A stretch of DNA of 64,000 nt from positions 320,589-384,588 of the forward strand of contig JBAZXP010000001.1 in NCBI GenBank assembly GCA_041659805.1, read 5' to 3'. The notes beneath the pieces are model-generated. The model was given only the letters and a program-made list of their open reading frames with translations. It was not told the DNA's origin and did no database searches. The stretch comes from Microgenomates group bacterium. GTDB lineage: Bacteria; Patescibacteriota; Microgenomatia; Daviesbacterales; UBA10151. The first letter of the stretch is position 1; each line of letters opens with the position of its first letter. This document shows positions 21,446 to 31,172 of this stretch, piece by piece. Position numbers and translations under genes: made by a program.

Positions 21446-23362
21446 TTACCTGTTAAGTAGAGTACCTACATATTTCAGTAGATCGTTTGCACAAGTGGCA
21501 CAGTATCCTTTTTCCATTAAAGTTGCAGCAACAGAATTAATTTTTGCCAGTTGTTCCGGATCAGGATTTCTTGTGTTAGTGGTAATTTTAATTACGTCTT
21601 TTAAATCAGCAAAAAGAGTTTTTTCGATTGCATCATTTAACCTGGTGTGTGATTTATAATCAAAACTTTTACCATCGGCTGATAAGTCACCCGCGGATCT
21701 TAAGATTTCATCTCTGAAAGCTTTTTTAGAACTCTCGTCAATTCCTATTTGAGTTTCAATCTTTCTCATTAGTTTTTCATCAGCTTGAACGTCATCTCCT
21801 GTTACCGGGTCTTTTAATTTTCTGCTGAAACTGTAAGCCCTGATATTATCTAAATAATTTTTGAATAAATTTTTAGCTGATTCTTCATATGAATAGACGA
21901 AAGCTCTTTGGACTTCAGTTTTCGCGGCTTCATCATAATCTTTTCTGGCTTCTGATACAAAAGAATGAAAAGCGTCTTTTTGTTCTTTTGTATATTCGCG
22001 AGTGTTGGTGTGCCAGGCCATTCCTTCGCGAAGAGCCCTTAAAACATTTGGAGGTGTTAGACACTCTGTGTCTTTTTTGATTATAGCCTGAGATAAACAG
22101 TCAATTACAAATCTGGGAGATACTCCTTCCATTCCTTCGTCCGGGCGTTTTTCCTGCAATTCTTTAATTTTTTCAGGTGTTAAATCCTCAACATATTCGC
22201 CGTTATATCCCCGGAGCTTACTCATTGCGCTAATTCCGTTTTCTTTAGCCAGTCTGCTTAAAACAGCAAAAGTTGCGGCGGTTTTTAAAGCTAATGGTGC
22301 CAGATGGACTTTTCCTTCACCTTGTCCGGCGGCGTCTGCAACTAATTTACTATAAATTTTTACTTCATCGGAAACTCTTAAGTTATAAGGAACCGGGATA
22401 ATAATAATCCTGTCTTGCATTGCTTCATTTTCTTTTTTCTTCATAAAGTTATCGTATTCAGTTTGGTTGGTATGAGCGACAATTACCAAATCAGCAGAGA
22501 TATCGGCAAAGCGGGGTGGTTTAATCACTCTGCTTTGGCTTAGATCTAAAGTTGCATAAAGAAATTGTGGTTCAATTTTTAGCATTTCGACAAATTCCAT
22601 AAGTCCCCGGTTGGCAATATTTAATTCCCCGTCAAAGCGGTAAGCCCTGGGGTCAGAGGATACTCCGTATTCTGAAAGTTTTGAGAAATCAACGCTTCCG
22701 ACAAGTTCAGTAATATCTTGTGACTTAGGATCAGAGGGTTTGAAATTTCCAATACCGACCCTTTCTGATTTTGAAAGTAAAACTCTGTGTACAATTTCAG
22801 CACTTCTCAAATCTGCAATATTTTTATTTTTATATTCATGTTTACATTGGGGACAAAGGTCTCCTTCAACTGTAATCCCATATTTTCCTAAAAATTGCTC
22901 ACGTAAAGTTTCAGGAATTAATTTTAAAGGATCCTCATGCATCGGACAATCTTTAATTCCATAAAGAGCTCCTTCAGGTGTCAGGCTATAGCTTTCCATG
23001 CCCGCTTTTAGAATCTCTACCAGGGATGTTTTTCCGCCTCCTGGAGGACCCATTAAAAGCAGGATCCTTCTTCCTATTTCCAAACCCTTAGCTCCGCCTT
23101 TCAAAACTTCCGTAAGTTGGTTAGTTGTTTTTTCAATTCCAAAAAGAGCGTGCTTCCCGCTGGTAAAAAATTCCGGTTGGGAAACAGTATCTAGAATATA
23201 TTGAAATGAGTTTCTTGCTAAACGTGGATTTTCTGTTATTTTATTAAAGTACTCACCGAGAGTCATTGTCTCGCTAGCCAATTTCGCCCTCTCGCTTGAG
23301 TAAGTTGCGAGTTCTCCAAACAAATCATTAGTACCTTCGTGTCTTCGGTCTATGTCTGTCAT
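21446..23362 (-). CDS. prkA: PrkA/YeaG family AAA+ ATPase / serine kinase
   Basis: Walker A GPPGGGKTS, CPMHEDPL, PSDPKSQDITELVGS, DGELNIANRGLMEFVEMLK, GVSPRFV. Confidence 0.96.
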   Translation of the reverse strand: MTDIDRRHEGTNDLFGELATYSSERAKLASETMTLGEYFNKITENPRLARNSFQYILDTVSQPEFFTSGKHALFGIEKTTNQLTEVLKGGAKGLEIGRRILLLMGPPGGGKTSLVEILKAGMESYSLTPEGALYGIKDCPMHEDPLKLIPETLREQFLGKYGITVEGDLCPQCKHEYKNKNIADLRSAEIVHRVLLSKSERVGIGNFKPSDPKSQDITELVGSVDFSKLSEYGVSSDPRAYRFDGELNIANRGLMEFVEMLKIEPQFLYATLDLSQSRVIKPPRFADISADLVIVAHTNQTEYDNFMKKKENEAMQDRIIIIPVPYNLRVSDEVKIYSKLVADAAGQGEGKVHLAPLALKTAATFAVLSRLAKENGISAMSKLRGYNGEYVEDLTPEKIKELQEKRPDEGMEGVSPRFVIDCLSQAIIKKDTECLTPPNVLRALREGMAWHTNTREYTKEQKDAFHSFVSEARKDYDEAAKTEVQRAFVYSYEESAKNLFKNYLDNIRAYSFSRKLKDPVTGDDVQADEKLMRKIETQIGIDESSKKAFRDEILRSAGDLSADGKSFDYKSHTRLNDAIEKTLFADLKDVIKITTNTRNPDPEQLAKINSVAATLMEKGYCATCANDLLKYVGTLLNR

Positions 23363-23456
23363 AATTTTGATTTACAAAAGGCAGAATCAAAAGTTAAGAA
23401 TAAGGTAATCTACACCCAGAAACAGTCTTTGTCAATAGATCATCTAAAATTACCCT

Positions 23457-23485
23457 TTGACATTTTATTACAAAAAATCTAATAT
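23457..23485 (+). promoter_or_regulatory. Sigma70 promoter of metK
   Basis: TTGACA-N17-TAATAT. Confidence 0.7.
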
Positions 23486-23499
23486 CATTATAGACTTGA

Positions 23500-23623
23500 T
23501 TAAATATCAAGAGAGATGGGTAGAGCTCTGGCTCGATGATCCATCCAGCAACCCCTCCACCAAAGGTGGATAAAGGTGCTAAGTCCAGCTCCTGAGTGAA
23601 ATCGAAGGAGAAAGATAAGGTAA
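23500..23623 (+). promoter_or_regulatory. SAM-I riboswitch
   Basis: TATCAAGAGAG...GAGCTCTGGCTCGATGA...CAGCAACC...AAGGTGCTAAGTCCAG...AAAGATA matches the SAM-I consensus, including the CTGG/CCAG pseudoknot; directly upstream of metK. Confidence 0.93.
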
Positions 23624-23625
23624 AT

Positions 23626-24678
23626 ATGTTTTACAACACAAAAATTTATACAGTAGAAAGCGTAACCTCAGGACACCCGGATAAAATATGTGATGCTATA
23701 TCTGACGCAATTTTAGATGAATGTTTAAAACAAGATCCAACTTCCCGTGTTGCTGTCGAAAGTTTTGGAGGACATGGAGTTTTAATTGTTGGTGGGGAAG
23801 TCACAACAAAAGCAAAAGTTGATTACGAAAAAATTGCTGCCAAAGTTTATAAGGAAATAGGGCACTCAAATAAATTAAAAATAATTACCAATGTAGTCAC
23901 CCAATCACCTGATATAGCCCAAGGGGTTAATACCGGTGGGGCAGGGGATCAAGGTATTATGTATGGATACGCGACTACAGAAACAGATGAGTACTTACCA
24001 AAAGGAATTGTTTTAGTTCATAAATTAGTAAAGGGACTGGAAGATTTAAGAAAGAGTAAAAAAATTTCCTGGCTTAAGCCGGACGGAAAAGCGCAAGTTA
24101 CATTACAAAATGGCAAAGTCAGATCAGTTTTAGTTTCTACACAACATGATAAAAAAGTTTCATCTGAAGAAATTAGAGAAACATTAATTAAAAAATTAAT
24201 TAAACCTGTTATAGGGGATTTAACTGGGGTTGAAGTGTTGGTAAATCCCACAGGGAACTTTGTCTTAGGTGGGTTTGAGGCTGATACAGGGCTCACAGGA
24301 CGGAAATTAATGGTAGATACATATGGTGGTTTAATTCCTCATGGAGGAGGTTGCTTTTCGGGAAAAGATCCGACAAAAGTGGACAGGTCTGCAGCCTACA
24401 TGTGCAGATTTGTTGCCAAAAATATTGTTGCCAATAAACTTGCTAAGGAATGCTTGGTATCTGTGGCTTACGCCATAGGCCGCGCCGAACCATTAATGGT
24501 AGAAGTTATTGATGAAAAAGGAAGAAATATTACCAAACTTATAAAAGGAAAATTTGATTTCCGTCCCCTGGTTATTATAGAAAGACTGGATCTTCAAAAA
24601 CCAATTTACAGCCAAACTTCTTCCTACGGACATTTCGGAAAACCCAATCTCCCTTGGGAACAAATAATTAAATTTTAG
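23626..24678 (+). CDS. metK: S-adenosylmethionine synthetase
   Basis: ESVTSGHPDKICD, GAGDQG.MYGY, PDGK.QV, DTGLTGRK..VDTYGG, FSGKDPTKVDRSAAY; ATG 23626. Confidence 0.98.
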   Translation: MFYNTKIYTVESVTSGHPDKICDAISDAILDECLKQDPTSRVAVESFGGHGVLIVGGEVTTKAKVDYEKIAAKVYKEIGHSNKLKIITNVVTQSPDIAQGVNTGGAGDQGIMYGYATTETDEYLPKGIVLVHKLVKGLEDLRKSKKISWLKPDGKAQVTLQNGKVRSVLVSTQHDKKVSSEEIRETLIKKLIKPVIGDLTGVEVLVNPTGNFVLGGFEADTGLTGRKLMVDTYGGLIPHGGGCFSGKDPTKVDRSAAYMCRFVAKNIVANKLAKECLVSVAYAIGRAEPLMVEVIDEKGRNITKLIKGKFDFRPLVIIERLDLQKPIYSQTSSYGHFGKPNLPWEQIIKF

Positions 24679-24733
24679 TTAAAACTATAATTTAAACGAA
24701 AATTCTTTACGGGAGATAAGTGCAGTGTACTAT

Positions 24734-25939
24734 TTAATCGATTCTTGCCAATCTGATGCATTCTGTTAATTTGATCATCTTACATTTCTGTTCTGTAAAA
24801 TTTTTTCTGACGCCCTGGTAGCCTTGTAGTGCTATCTTTTTTGCAATTTTGGGGTGATCGATTAAGTACGTAATTTTTTCAGATAGCTCTTGTGGCTTAC
24901 CCGAAGTATAAAGAAAACCGTTTTGACCGTTTTTAATTTGCTCTATAATACCACCGCTTTTAGTACCAATGACGACTCTTTTTAAGAGCATACTCTCAAC
25001 GACAGTTCTACCGAAAGCCTCGTTTTTTGAACAAACTAAGGTGGCATTGGATTTTTTTATCAGAGAATAAGGATTATCTGTAAAATCTAAAATTGTAACC
25101 TTATCTTGGAGGTTATTGTTTTTGATAAAATTTTCTATTTTTTTCAAATAATTATTATTTATTGCCGGTCCGACTATACTTAAATGCACAGAGTTGTTAT
25201 CTATATATTTTAAAGCTTTTACTGCTTCAAGCTGTCCTTTGTTGGGTAAAATTGATCCAACGATAATTAATTTATATACTGAAGAATTTATTGCTACTTT
25301 TTTAGAAATTGTTTTACGATCAAGTGTAATATAGTTATAGAACAAAGATACTTTTGATTGAGGAATTATTTTACAAATTTCTTTTTGGACTGCTTTGGAA
25401 TTTACAAAAACAGCGGCTGAAAGATCATCGATTATTTTTAAAGTTTGTTTGAATCCCAGATCACATTTTAGAGAATGAGGTTTATTTGTAAACTCCCTAA
25501 TCGACCAGATATGTGGCTTTCCTGTTAGTTTGGCAGCGAGCGCACCCCAGGGAATAACTATTGTATTGGTATATACAATATCAGGATTAAACTTATTTAT
25601 TTGATTAGCTATTTCTATTACAGCTTGATTATTTGCTGCTGATACATGAGGCTGGATCTTGATTGGATTTTTTGGATCATGAGCCCACCATTCATAAGGA
25701 ATGAGAGTATATTTAACTCCTATTTGAGTCAATTTATTTTCTAAAAGTCCTTGGTGAGGAAGCACTACTTGGCAGATAACACCCCTCTTTTTAAGATTTG
25801 AAATTAAGTTTAAAAGTGACTTTTCAGCTCCTGCTAAATTAGCAGTGTGACTGATAAAAAGCACTTTAAAGGGGTCCTTTTTTGGGTTGATTGATAGGAA
25901 AGAAAATGCTTTGTTTGGGATGAAATTTAATAATTCCAT
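24734..25939 (-). CDS. Glycosyltransferase family 4 (GT-B)
   Basis: GAEKSL N-terminal motif, P.KGQ, EAFGRTVVESM (EX7E), NGFL. Confidence 0.9.
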   Translation of the reverse strand: MELLNFIPNKAFSFLSINPKKDPFKVLFISHTANLAGAEKSLLNLISNLKKRGVICQVVLPHQGLLENKLTQIGVKYTLIPYEWWAHDPKNPIKIQPHVSAANNQAVIEIANQINKFNPDIVYTNTIVIPWGALAAKLTGKPHIWSIREFTNKPHSLKCDLGFKQTLKIIDDLSAAVFVNSKAVQKEICKIIPQSKVSLFYNYITLDRKTISKKVAINSSVYKLIIVGSILPNKGQLEAVKALKYIDNNSVHLSIVGPAINNNYLKKIENFIKNNNLQDKVTILDFTDNPYSLIKKSNATLVCSKNEAFGRTVVESMLLKRVVIGTKSGGIIEQIKNGQNGFLYTSGKPQELSEKITYLIDHPKIAKKIALQGYQGVRKNFTEQKCKMIKLTECIRLARID

Positions 25940-26001
25940 GCCTATATTATAGGCTATTTGGATACAATAGTCAAACTATAGGACTATTAAAATTTACTAA
26001 T

Positions 26002-28680
26002 TTAGAGGTCTAAATATTGGGAAATTGATTGTTTATATTCTGCTTGGAAAGCTTTATCCACTTTCTCTACTGGATTAGATCCCAGAAATTTTAATAATTC
26101 ATCTAATTTTTCTTGACGCTGTGTTTTATCAGAAATTTCTTTTAACACGACGATATCTTTCTCAATTTGAAAATATTTAAGCTTTATATCCAATGGTAGT
26201 TGCCAAAACAATAAGAACCCCCGTTCTGGAAAATCGATGCCGATTATTTTATAACAGGTTTTCATAAATGATTTTTCTAAATTTGAACGGATAGTTTCGG
26301 TTTGTTCCTTAACTTTTTGTACGTCTGATATTGCAAAAGGTTCTGATCCAATTTCATAATACATTTTTATTTTTGGTTCTGTGCCACTTGGTCTGACAGT
26401 AACTTTCATAGAGATTGTACCGGCAACTGGTTTGAAATTAAATTCCAAAATATTTTTGGAAATCATGTCTGTATCTGACAAGATAGGTAATCTTTTTTGA
26501 TAATCTTCAACATTTGAAACTTCAAATTCTCCAAAATTTTGAGGAGGATTATTTCTGAGTGAATCTTGCATTTGGTCTATTTTTGCTTTTCCTTCTGCTC
26601 CAGGAAGTCTAACTTCTGTTAAGTAATTTCTAAAGTATCCATATTTGGAATAAACATCATATAAATAATCAACCAAAGTTTTACCCTGTGGTTTTAATTC
26701 TGCTGCTAGTTCTGATAACCAAATAGCTGCAGTAGCTGCATCTTTATCTCTGGCATAGTTGCCTGCATTGTATCCATGGCTTTCTTCGCATCCAAAAATA
26801 AAGTAATCCATTTTTCCAGCACTTTCCAATTTATTCATTTCATGTGCTACATATTTATAGCCCACTAACAAATCACCTATCAGAGTCACATTATTTTTCT
26901 TGGAAATTTCAGAAATTAAATTTGTAGTGACCAAAGTTTTTATGGCAATTCCTTTTCCGTTAAGTTCTGCTGCACGTTTACTAATTGAATACTCTGCCAA
27001 AATTGCAGCAATTTCATTACCATTCAAAAACAACCACTCTCCGTCGTGCAAAACCATGATGCCGATCCGATCTGCATCAGGGTCGCTGTTTAATAAAATA
27101 TCTGCGCCGATTTCTTTAGCGAATTTTAAAGGAGTATCAAATGACTGTTCAACTTCCGGATTAGGAATGTTAAAAGTTATGTTTTCAAATTTTCCACTGG
27201 GGGAACTGGTTTTTTCATCAATTGCGACCTTAAAACCTAAATATTCAAGTACTTTTACAACTGATGTTGAACCACAACCATGCAGTGGGGTGTAAGCAAT
27301 TTTTATATTGCGTTTATCAGACAGTGAAACGCTTGCAGCTGCTTTAATATATTCCTGATCAACATCTTCACCAAGGGTTACAATTAATCCTTTGTCCTCT
27401 GCTTCTTGAAAATTCATCCCTTTAATTTCACCAACATTTTCAGTAACCTCTTTTACCAGTTCTTCATCATCAGGTGGAATAAGTTGGCCTCCATATTCAT
27501 CATAAATCTTCTTACCATTATGATCTGGTGGGTTGTGTGAAGCAGAGAACATATCACCACCAATGGCTTTTTTATAACGGATCGCAAAAGAAAGTTCCGG
27601 TGTTGTTCTAATACCATTAAAAAAATAGATTTTAATATCATTGGCAGCATAAACCTCTGCAGCAGCTTTTGCCAAGTCTTTAGAAGTTAAGTTTTTGACA
27701 GGGTTAGGTAGATTATCATCAAAATATTGATTGCTAAAAAACTGACGGATATCATAAGCCAGTACTATACCTCTATCTTTTGTGTCAGTGGGATGTTTTT
27801 TTAATAGGTACTGGGAGTGGCCTTGGGCTGATGATTTAATTGTCCAGGGGTTTATCCTGTTTGGTCCAATACCAACTTCACCTCTTCTGCCTCCAGTTCC
27901 AAAAGGAATAACCTGATAAAAAGAATCAAGTAAATAATCCCAGTATTTATTTTTAATCAAATGTTCAATTTGAGGAACATATTCTTTAAATTGAGGATCT
28001 GATAACCAGCTTTCTAAAGACTTAAGGGCTTGAGTTTGAAAAGTATCGCTGACTCCTAAAGTTTTAAATCCAATCTTTGCTTCTTCGAGTAAATTATTGT
28101 CTGTCATATTAAGCAGTTCTGTTATTTTATCATATTTTCCCTGGCGGAGAATTTCTATACCCTGCTCCCCTATTTTAATTAAAGTTGAAGGGTTTGATTC
28201 TAATGTACCTTTATCTTCATAAAAATCAACACTATCACCAAAATATTCTTTTGCTTCAGAAATTGTTTTAGCATAGGGAAATCCTTCTAAATTAGCACTG
28301 GGAGCAATTAGGGGCCCTGTTTCTTTTAATAAATTTAGTAGTTCATTATCATTTGGTATTCTGAAAGCCAGGGTATTGGTGCCTCTGTGAAGGTAGGCAA
28401 AATCATTAGATGAGACAGGTAAGACCACGCTAACCGGATTGGGCCAAATTGTTGCAAGATAGTTCATGGCTATTTGGTTCACAGTTACATCAAAGAGTTT
28501 TAAGTCATCAATGCTAGATATTAGAATAATAAATGGTTTTTCAGGGGCTCTTTTTCGTAACAAATAGACCTTTTCTACAGCCTCTTTATTTAAAGCCTGG
28601 GCAACAATTCCATACTGAGTATCAGTTGGAATTACAGCAATACCTCCTGATTTTAAAATTTGAATTATTTGAGTATCCAT
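26002..28680 (-). CDS. Fusion of TsaC/YrdC threonylcarbamoyl-AMP synthase and phosphoglucomutase/phosphomannomutase
   Basis: N-terminal PTDTQYG, KRAPEKP, WP.P, PSAN, STLI, LRQG; C-terminal FGTGGRRG, SASHNP, DPDADR, EESHG, RPSGTEPK; no stop codon between the two. Confidence 0.9.
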   Translation of the reverse strand: MDTQIIQILKSGGIAVIPTDTQYGIVAQALNKEAVEKVYLLRKRAPEKPFIILISSIDDLKLFDVTVNQIAMNYLATIWPNPVSVVLPVSSNDFAYLHRGTNTLAFRIPNDNELLNLLKETGPLIAPSANLEGFPYAKTISEAKEYFGDSVDFYEDKGTLESNPSTLIKIGEQGIEILRQGKYDKITELLNMTDNNLLEEAKIGFKTLGVSDTFQTQALKSLESWLSDPQFKEYVPQIEHLIKNKYWDYLLDSFYQVIPFGTGGRRGEVGIGPNRINPWTIKSSAQGHSQYLLKKHPTDTKDRGIVLAYDIRQFFSNQYFDDNLPNPVKNLTSKDLAKAAAEVYAANDIKIYFFNGIRTTPELSFAIRYKKAIGGDMFSASHNPPDHNGKKIYDEYGGQLIPPDDEELVKEVTENVGEIKGMNFQEAEDKGLIVTLGEDVDQEYIKAAASVSLSDKRNIKIAYTPLHGCGSTSVVKVLEYLGFKVAIDEKTSSPSGKFENITFNIPNPEVEQSFDTPLKFAKEIGADILLNSDPDADRIGIMVLHDGEWLFLNGNEIAAILAEYSISKRAAELNGKGIAIKTLVTTNLISEISKKNNVTLIGDLLVGYKYVAHEMNKLESAGKMDYFIFGCEESHGYNAGNYARDKDAATAAIWLSELAAELKPQGKTLVDYLYDVYSKYGYFRNYLTEVRLPGAEGKAKIDQMQDSLRNNPPQNFGEFEVSNVEDYQKRLPILSDTDMISKNILEFNFKPVAGTISMKVTVRPSGTEPKIKMYYEIGSEPFAISDVQKVKEQTETIRSNLEKSFMKTCYKIIGIDFPERGFLLFWQLPLDIKLKYFQIEKDIVVLKEISDKTQRQEKLDELLKFLGSNPVEKVDKAFQAEYKQSISQYLDL

Positions 28681-28734
28681 AACAGCCTTTATTATACCTT
28701 GATTTTTAAGTCTTCTAAATGAGACAATAAATTT

Positions 28735-31137
28735 ATGCAGCCTGCCTCTGAAGATCAAAAGAAGTTTATAGTTCCCTTAGAAAAAGTTGGTATTGAAGAT
28801 GTTCCAGAAGTAGGTGGTAAAAATGCCTCACTTGGTGAAATGATTCAATATTTGGTGCCTAAAGGGGTAAATGTTCCTGGAGGTTATGTGGTAACAGCTA
28901 CTGCTTACCGCTATTTTCTGGAATCTACTCCATTAAAAGAATTTATCAAAAAAACCCTGGATGGATTAAATACTCACAATATGGAAGAGTTGTCCAGAAA
29001 GGCAAAACAGGTAAGAGATGCAATTGTAACCACCGCGTTCCCCAAGGATTTAGAAGAGGAGATAGAACGTGCTCATCGTGAGATAGAAAAAAGATATGGT
29101 AGAGGTGCTGATTTTGCAGTCAGATCATCTGCCACAGCAGAGGATTTACCAGATGCTTCTTTTGCCGGAGAGCATGAAACATATCTTAATATCAGAGGTG
29201 TTTCTGAAATAGTCAAAGCTGTTAAACGTTCTATGGCGTCTCTTTTTACAGCCAGAGCAATTTCTTACAGAGTTGATAAAAAATTTGATCATTTTTCAAT
29301 TGCGTTATCTGTTGGTGTGCAAAGAATGGTTAGATCAGATCTTGGTTGTTCTGGTGTAATGTTTTCACTAGATACGGAATCAGGTTTTCCGGATGTGGTT
29401 ATTATTGATGGATCATGGGGACTTGGGGAGATGATTGTTCAAGGAGAGGTTACCCCAGATGAGTTTTTGGTTTACAAGCCGAGTTTAGGGAAAGATGGTT
29501 TTACTCCTATTATAGAAAAAAAGTATGGAGTTAAAAATCAAAAAATGATTTATTCAGACACCAGTCCAACAAAAATAGTTTCAACATCGGAAAAAGAAAG
29601 AGCAATTTTTGTTTTGTCTGACGCGGAAATTATTAAATTAGCTGAGTGGGGTGTGGAGGTGGAAAAACATTATTCCAAAAAACATGGCAAATGGACTCCA
29701 ATGGATATGGAATGGGCAAAAGACGGTAAAACTAATGAGTTATTTATGATTCAGGCCAGGCCAGAAACGATTCATGCCACGCGTGATTTTACTAAAGTAA
29801 AAGAATATATAAGGGAAGAAGAAGGAGTTGAAATTGTTAAAGGTGCTTCAGTTGGTGGAAAAATTGCTACAGGCAAGGCTAGGGTAATTTTAAATCCGGC
29901 TGATATTAATAAATTTAAAGAAGGTGAGGTTTTGGTAACAGTCATGACAGATCCAGACTGGGAACCAATCATGAAAATCGCTGCAGGAATTGTAACAGAT
30001 AAAGGTGGAAGAACTTCTCATGCAGCAATTGTTTCCCGAGAACTTGGTATTCCTTGTATTGTAGGTTCTCTTGAGGCAACAGAAAAAATAAAAACAGGGG
30101 ATGAGATAACAGTTGATACATCTGGCTCAGACGGAATTGTTTTTGAAGGTGTTTTGAAATTTAGAGTGGTGGAACATGATACAAAAACTTTACCAAAAAC
30201 AAAAACCCATATCATGATGAATATTGCTACCCCTGATACAGCATTTGAAAAATCATTTTTACCAAATGACGGTGTGGGGCTTGCTCGTGAAGAATTTATT
30301 ATTGCCTCAATTGGAATTCACCCTAACGCATTACTTGATTACCAAAAACTAACACCAAATTTAAAGCGAAAAATTGATGAAAAAACATTTGGTTATCCTG
30401 ACAAGGTTAAATTTTATGTAGATAATTTGGCTTATGGAATTGCAAAAATTGCAGCGGCCTTTAATCCCAAACCAGTGATTGTCCGTTTTTCAGATTTTAA
30501 AACGAATGAATATGGAACTTTACTTGGTGGTGAAGATTATGAACCAAAAGAAGAAAATCCTATGATTGGCTGGCGTGGTGCTTCTCGTTATTATCATCCT
30601 GAATTTACCAAGGCTTTTGAGTTGGAAGTTATTGCCATGAAAAAGGTTCGAGAAGAAATGGGACTAAAAAATGTCATGGCAATGATTCCGTTTTGCAGAA
30701 CAGTTGAAGAAGGAAAAAAAGTTGTTGATTTGATAGAAAAATATGGATTGAAACAATCTGCTGACTTTAAAATTTATGTAATGTGTGAGATTCCAGCAAA
30801 TGTTATCTTAGCTGAGGAATTTTTGGAAGTGTTTGATGGGATGTCAATTGGGTCAAATGATTTGACTCAACTTACTTTGGGTATAGATAGAGACGGGAAT
30901 GAAATGATTAAATCAATTAGTAATGAAAAAGATGAGGCAGTCAAAAAACTTATCAGTGAGGTTATAAAGAAATGTAAAGCCAAAAATAAATATATCGGTA
31001 TTTGCGGACAAGCACCAAGCGATTATCCTGATTTTGCTCAATTTCTAGTTAAAGAGGGGATTGAGAGCATGTCCTTAAATCCTGATTCAGTCATAAATAC
31101 TATTGTCAAAATCCACGAACAGGAAAATAAGAATTAA
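28735..31137 (+). CDS. ppsA: Phosphoenolpyruvate synthase (pyruvate, water dikinase)
   Basis: VGGKNASLGEM, AVRSSATAEDLPDASFAG, GGRTSHAAIVSRE, IGSNDLTQL, GICGQAPSD. Confidence 0.98.
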   Translation: MQPASEDQKKFIVPLEKVGIEDVPEVGGKNASLGEMIQYLVPKGVNVPGGYVVTATAYRYFLESTPLKEFIKKTLDGLNTHNMEELSRKAKQVRDAIVTTAFPKDLEEEIERAHREIEKRYGRGADFAVRSSATAEDLPDASFAGEHETYLNIRGVSEIVKAVKRSMASLFTARAISYRVDKKFDHFSIALSVGVQRMVRSDLGCSGVMFSLDTESGFPDVVIIDGSWGLGEMIVQGEVTPDEFLVYKPSLGKDGFTPIIEKKYGVKNQKMIYSDTSPTKIVSTSEKERAIFVLSDAEIIKLAEWGVEVEKHYSKKHGKWTPMDMEWAKDGKTNELFMIQARPETIHATRDFTKVKEYIREEEGVEIVKGASVGGKIATGKARVILNPADINKFKEGEVLVTVMTDPDWEPIMKIAAGIVTDKGGRTSHAAIVSRELGIPCIVGSLEATEKIKTGDEITVDTSGSDGIVFEGVLKFRVVEHDTKTLPKTKTHIMMNIATPDTAFEKSFLPNDGVGLAREEFIIASIGIHPNALLDYQKLTPNLKRKIDEKTFGYPDKVKFYVDNLAYGIAKIAAAFNPKPVIVRFSDFKTNEYGTLLGGEDYEPKEENPMIGWRGASRYYHPEFTKAFELEVIAMKKVREEMGLKNVMAMIPFCRTVEEGKKVVDLIEKYGLKQSADFKIYVMCEIPANVILAEEFLEVFDGMSIGSNDLTQLTLGIDRDGNEMIKSISNEKDEAVKKLISEVIKKCKAKNKYIGICGQAPSDYPDFAQFLVKEGIESMSLNPDSVINTIVKIHEQENKN

Positions 31138-31172
31138 TAATTCAAAATTTATAATGTATAATTCAAACTGAC

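Noticed and set aside
23959-23972. ATGTATGGATACGC in metK, resembling the palindromic operator (12/14)
   Set aside because: Explained by the conserved GIMYGYA coding motif; palindrome is broken
28681-28758. Extended N-terminus of the TsaC-PGM ORF overlapping ppsA
   Set aside because: YrdC homology starts at ATG 28680, which has a TATAAT upstream; the longer start would overlap the divergent ppsA
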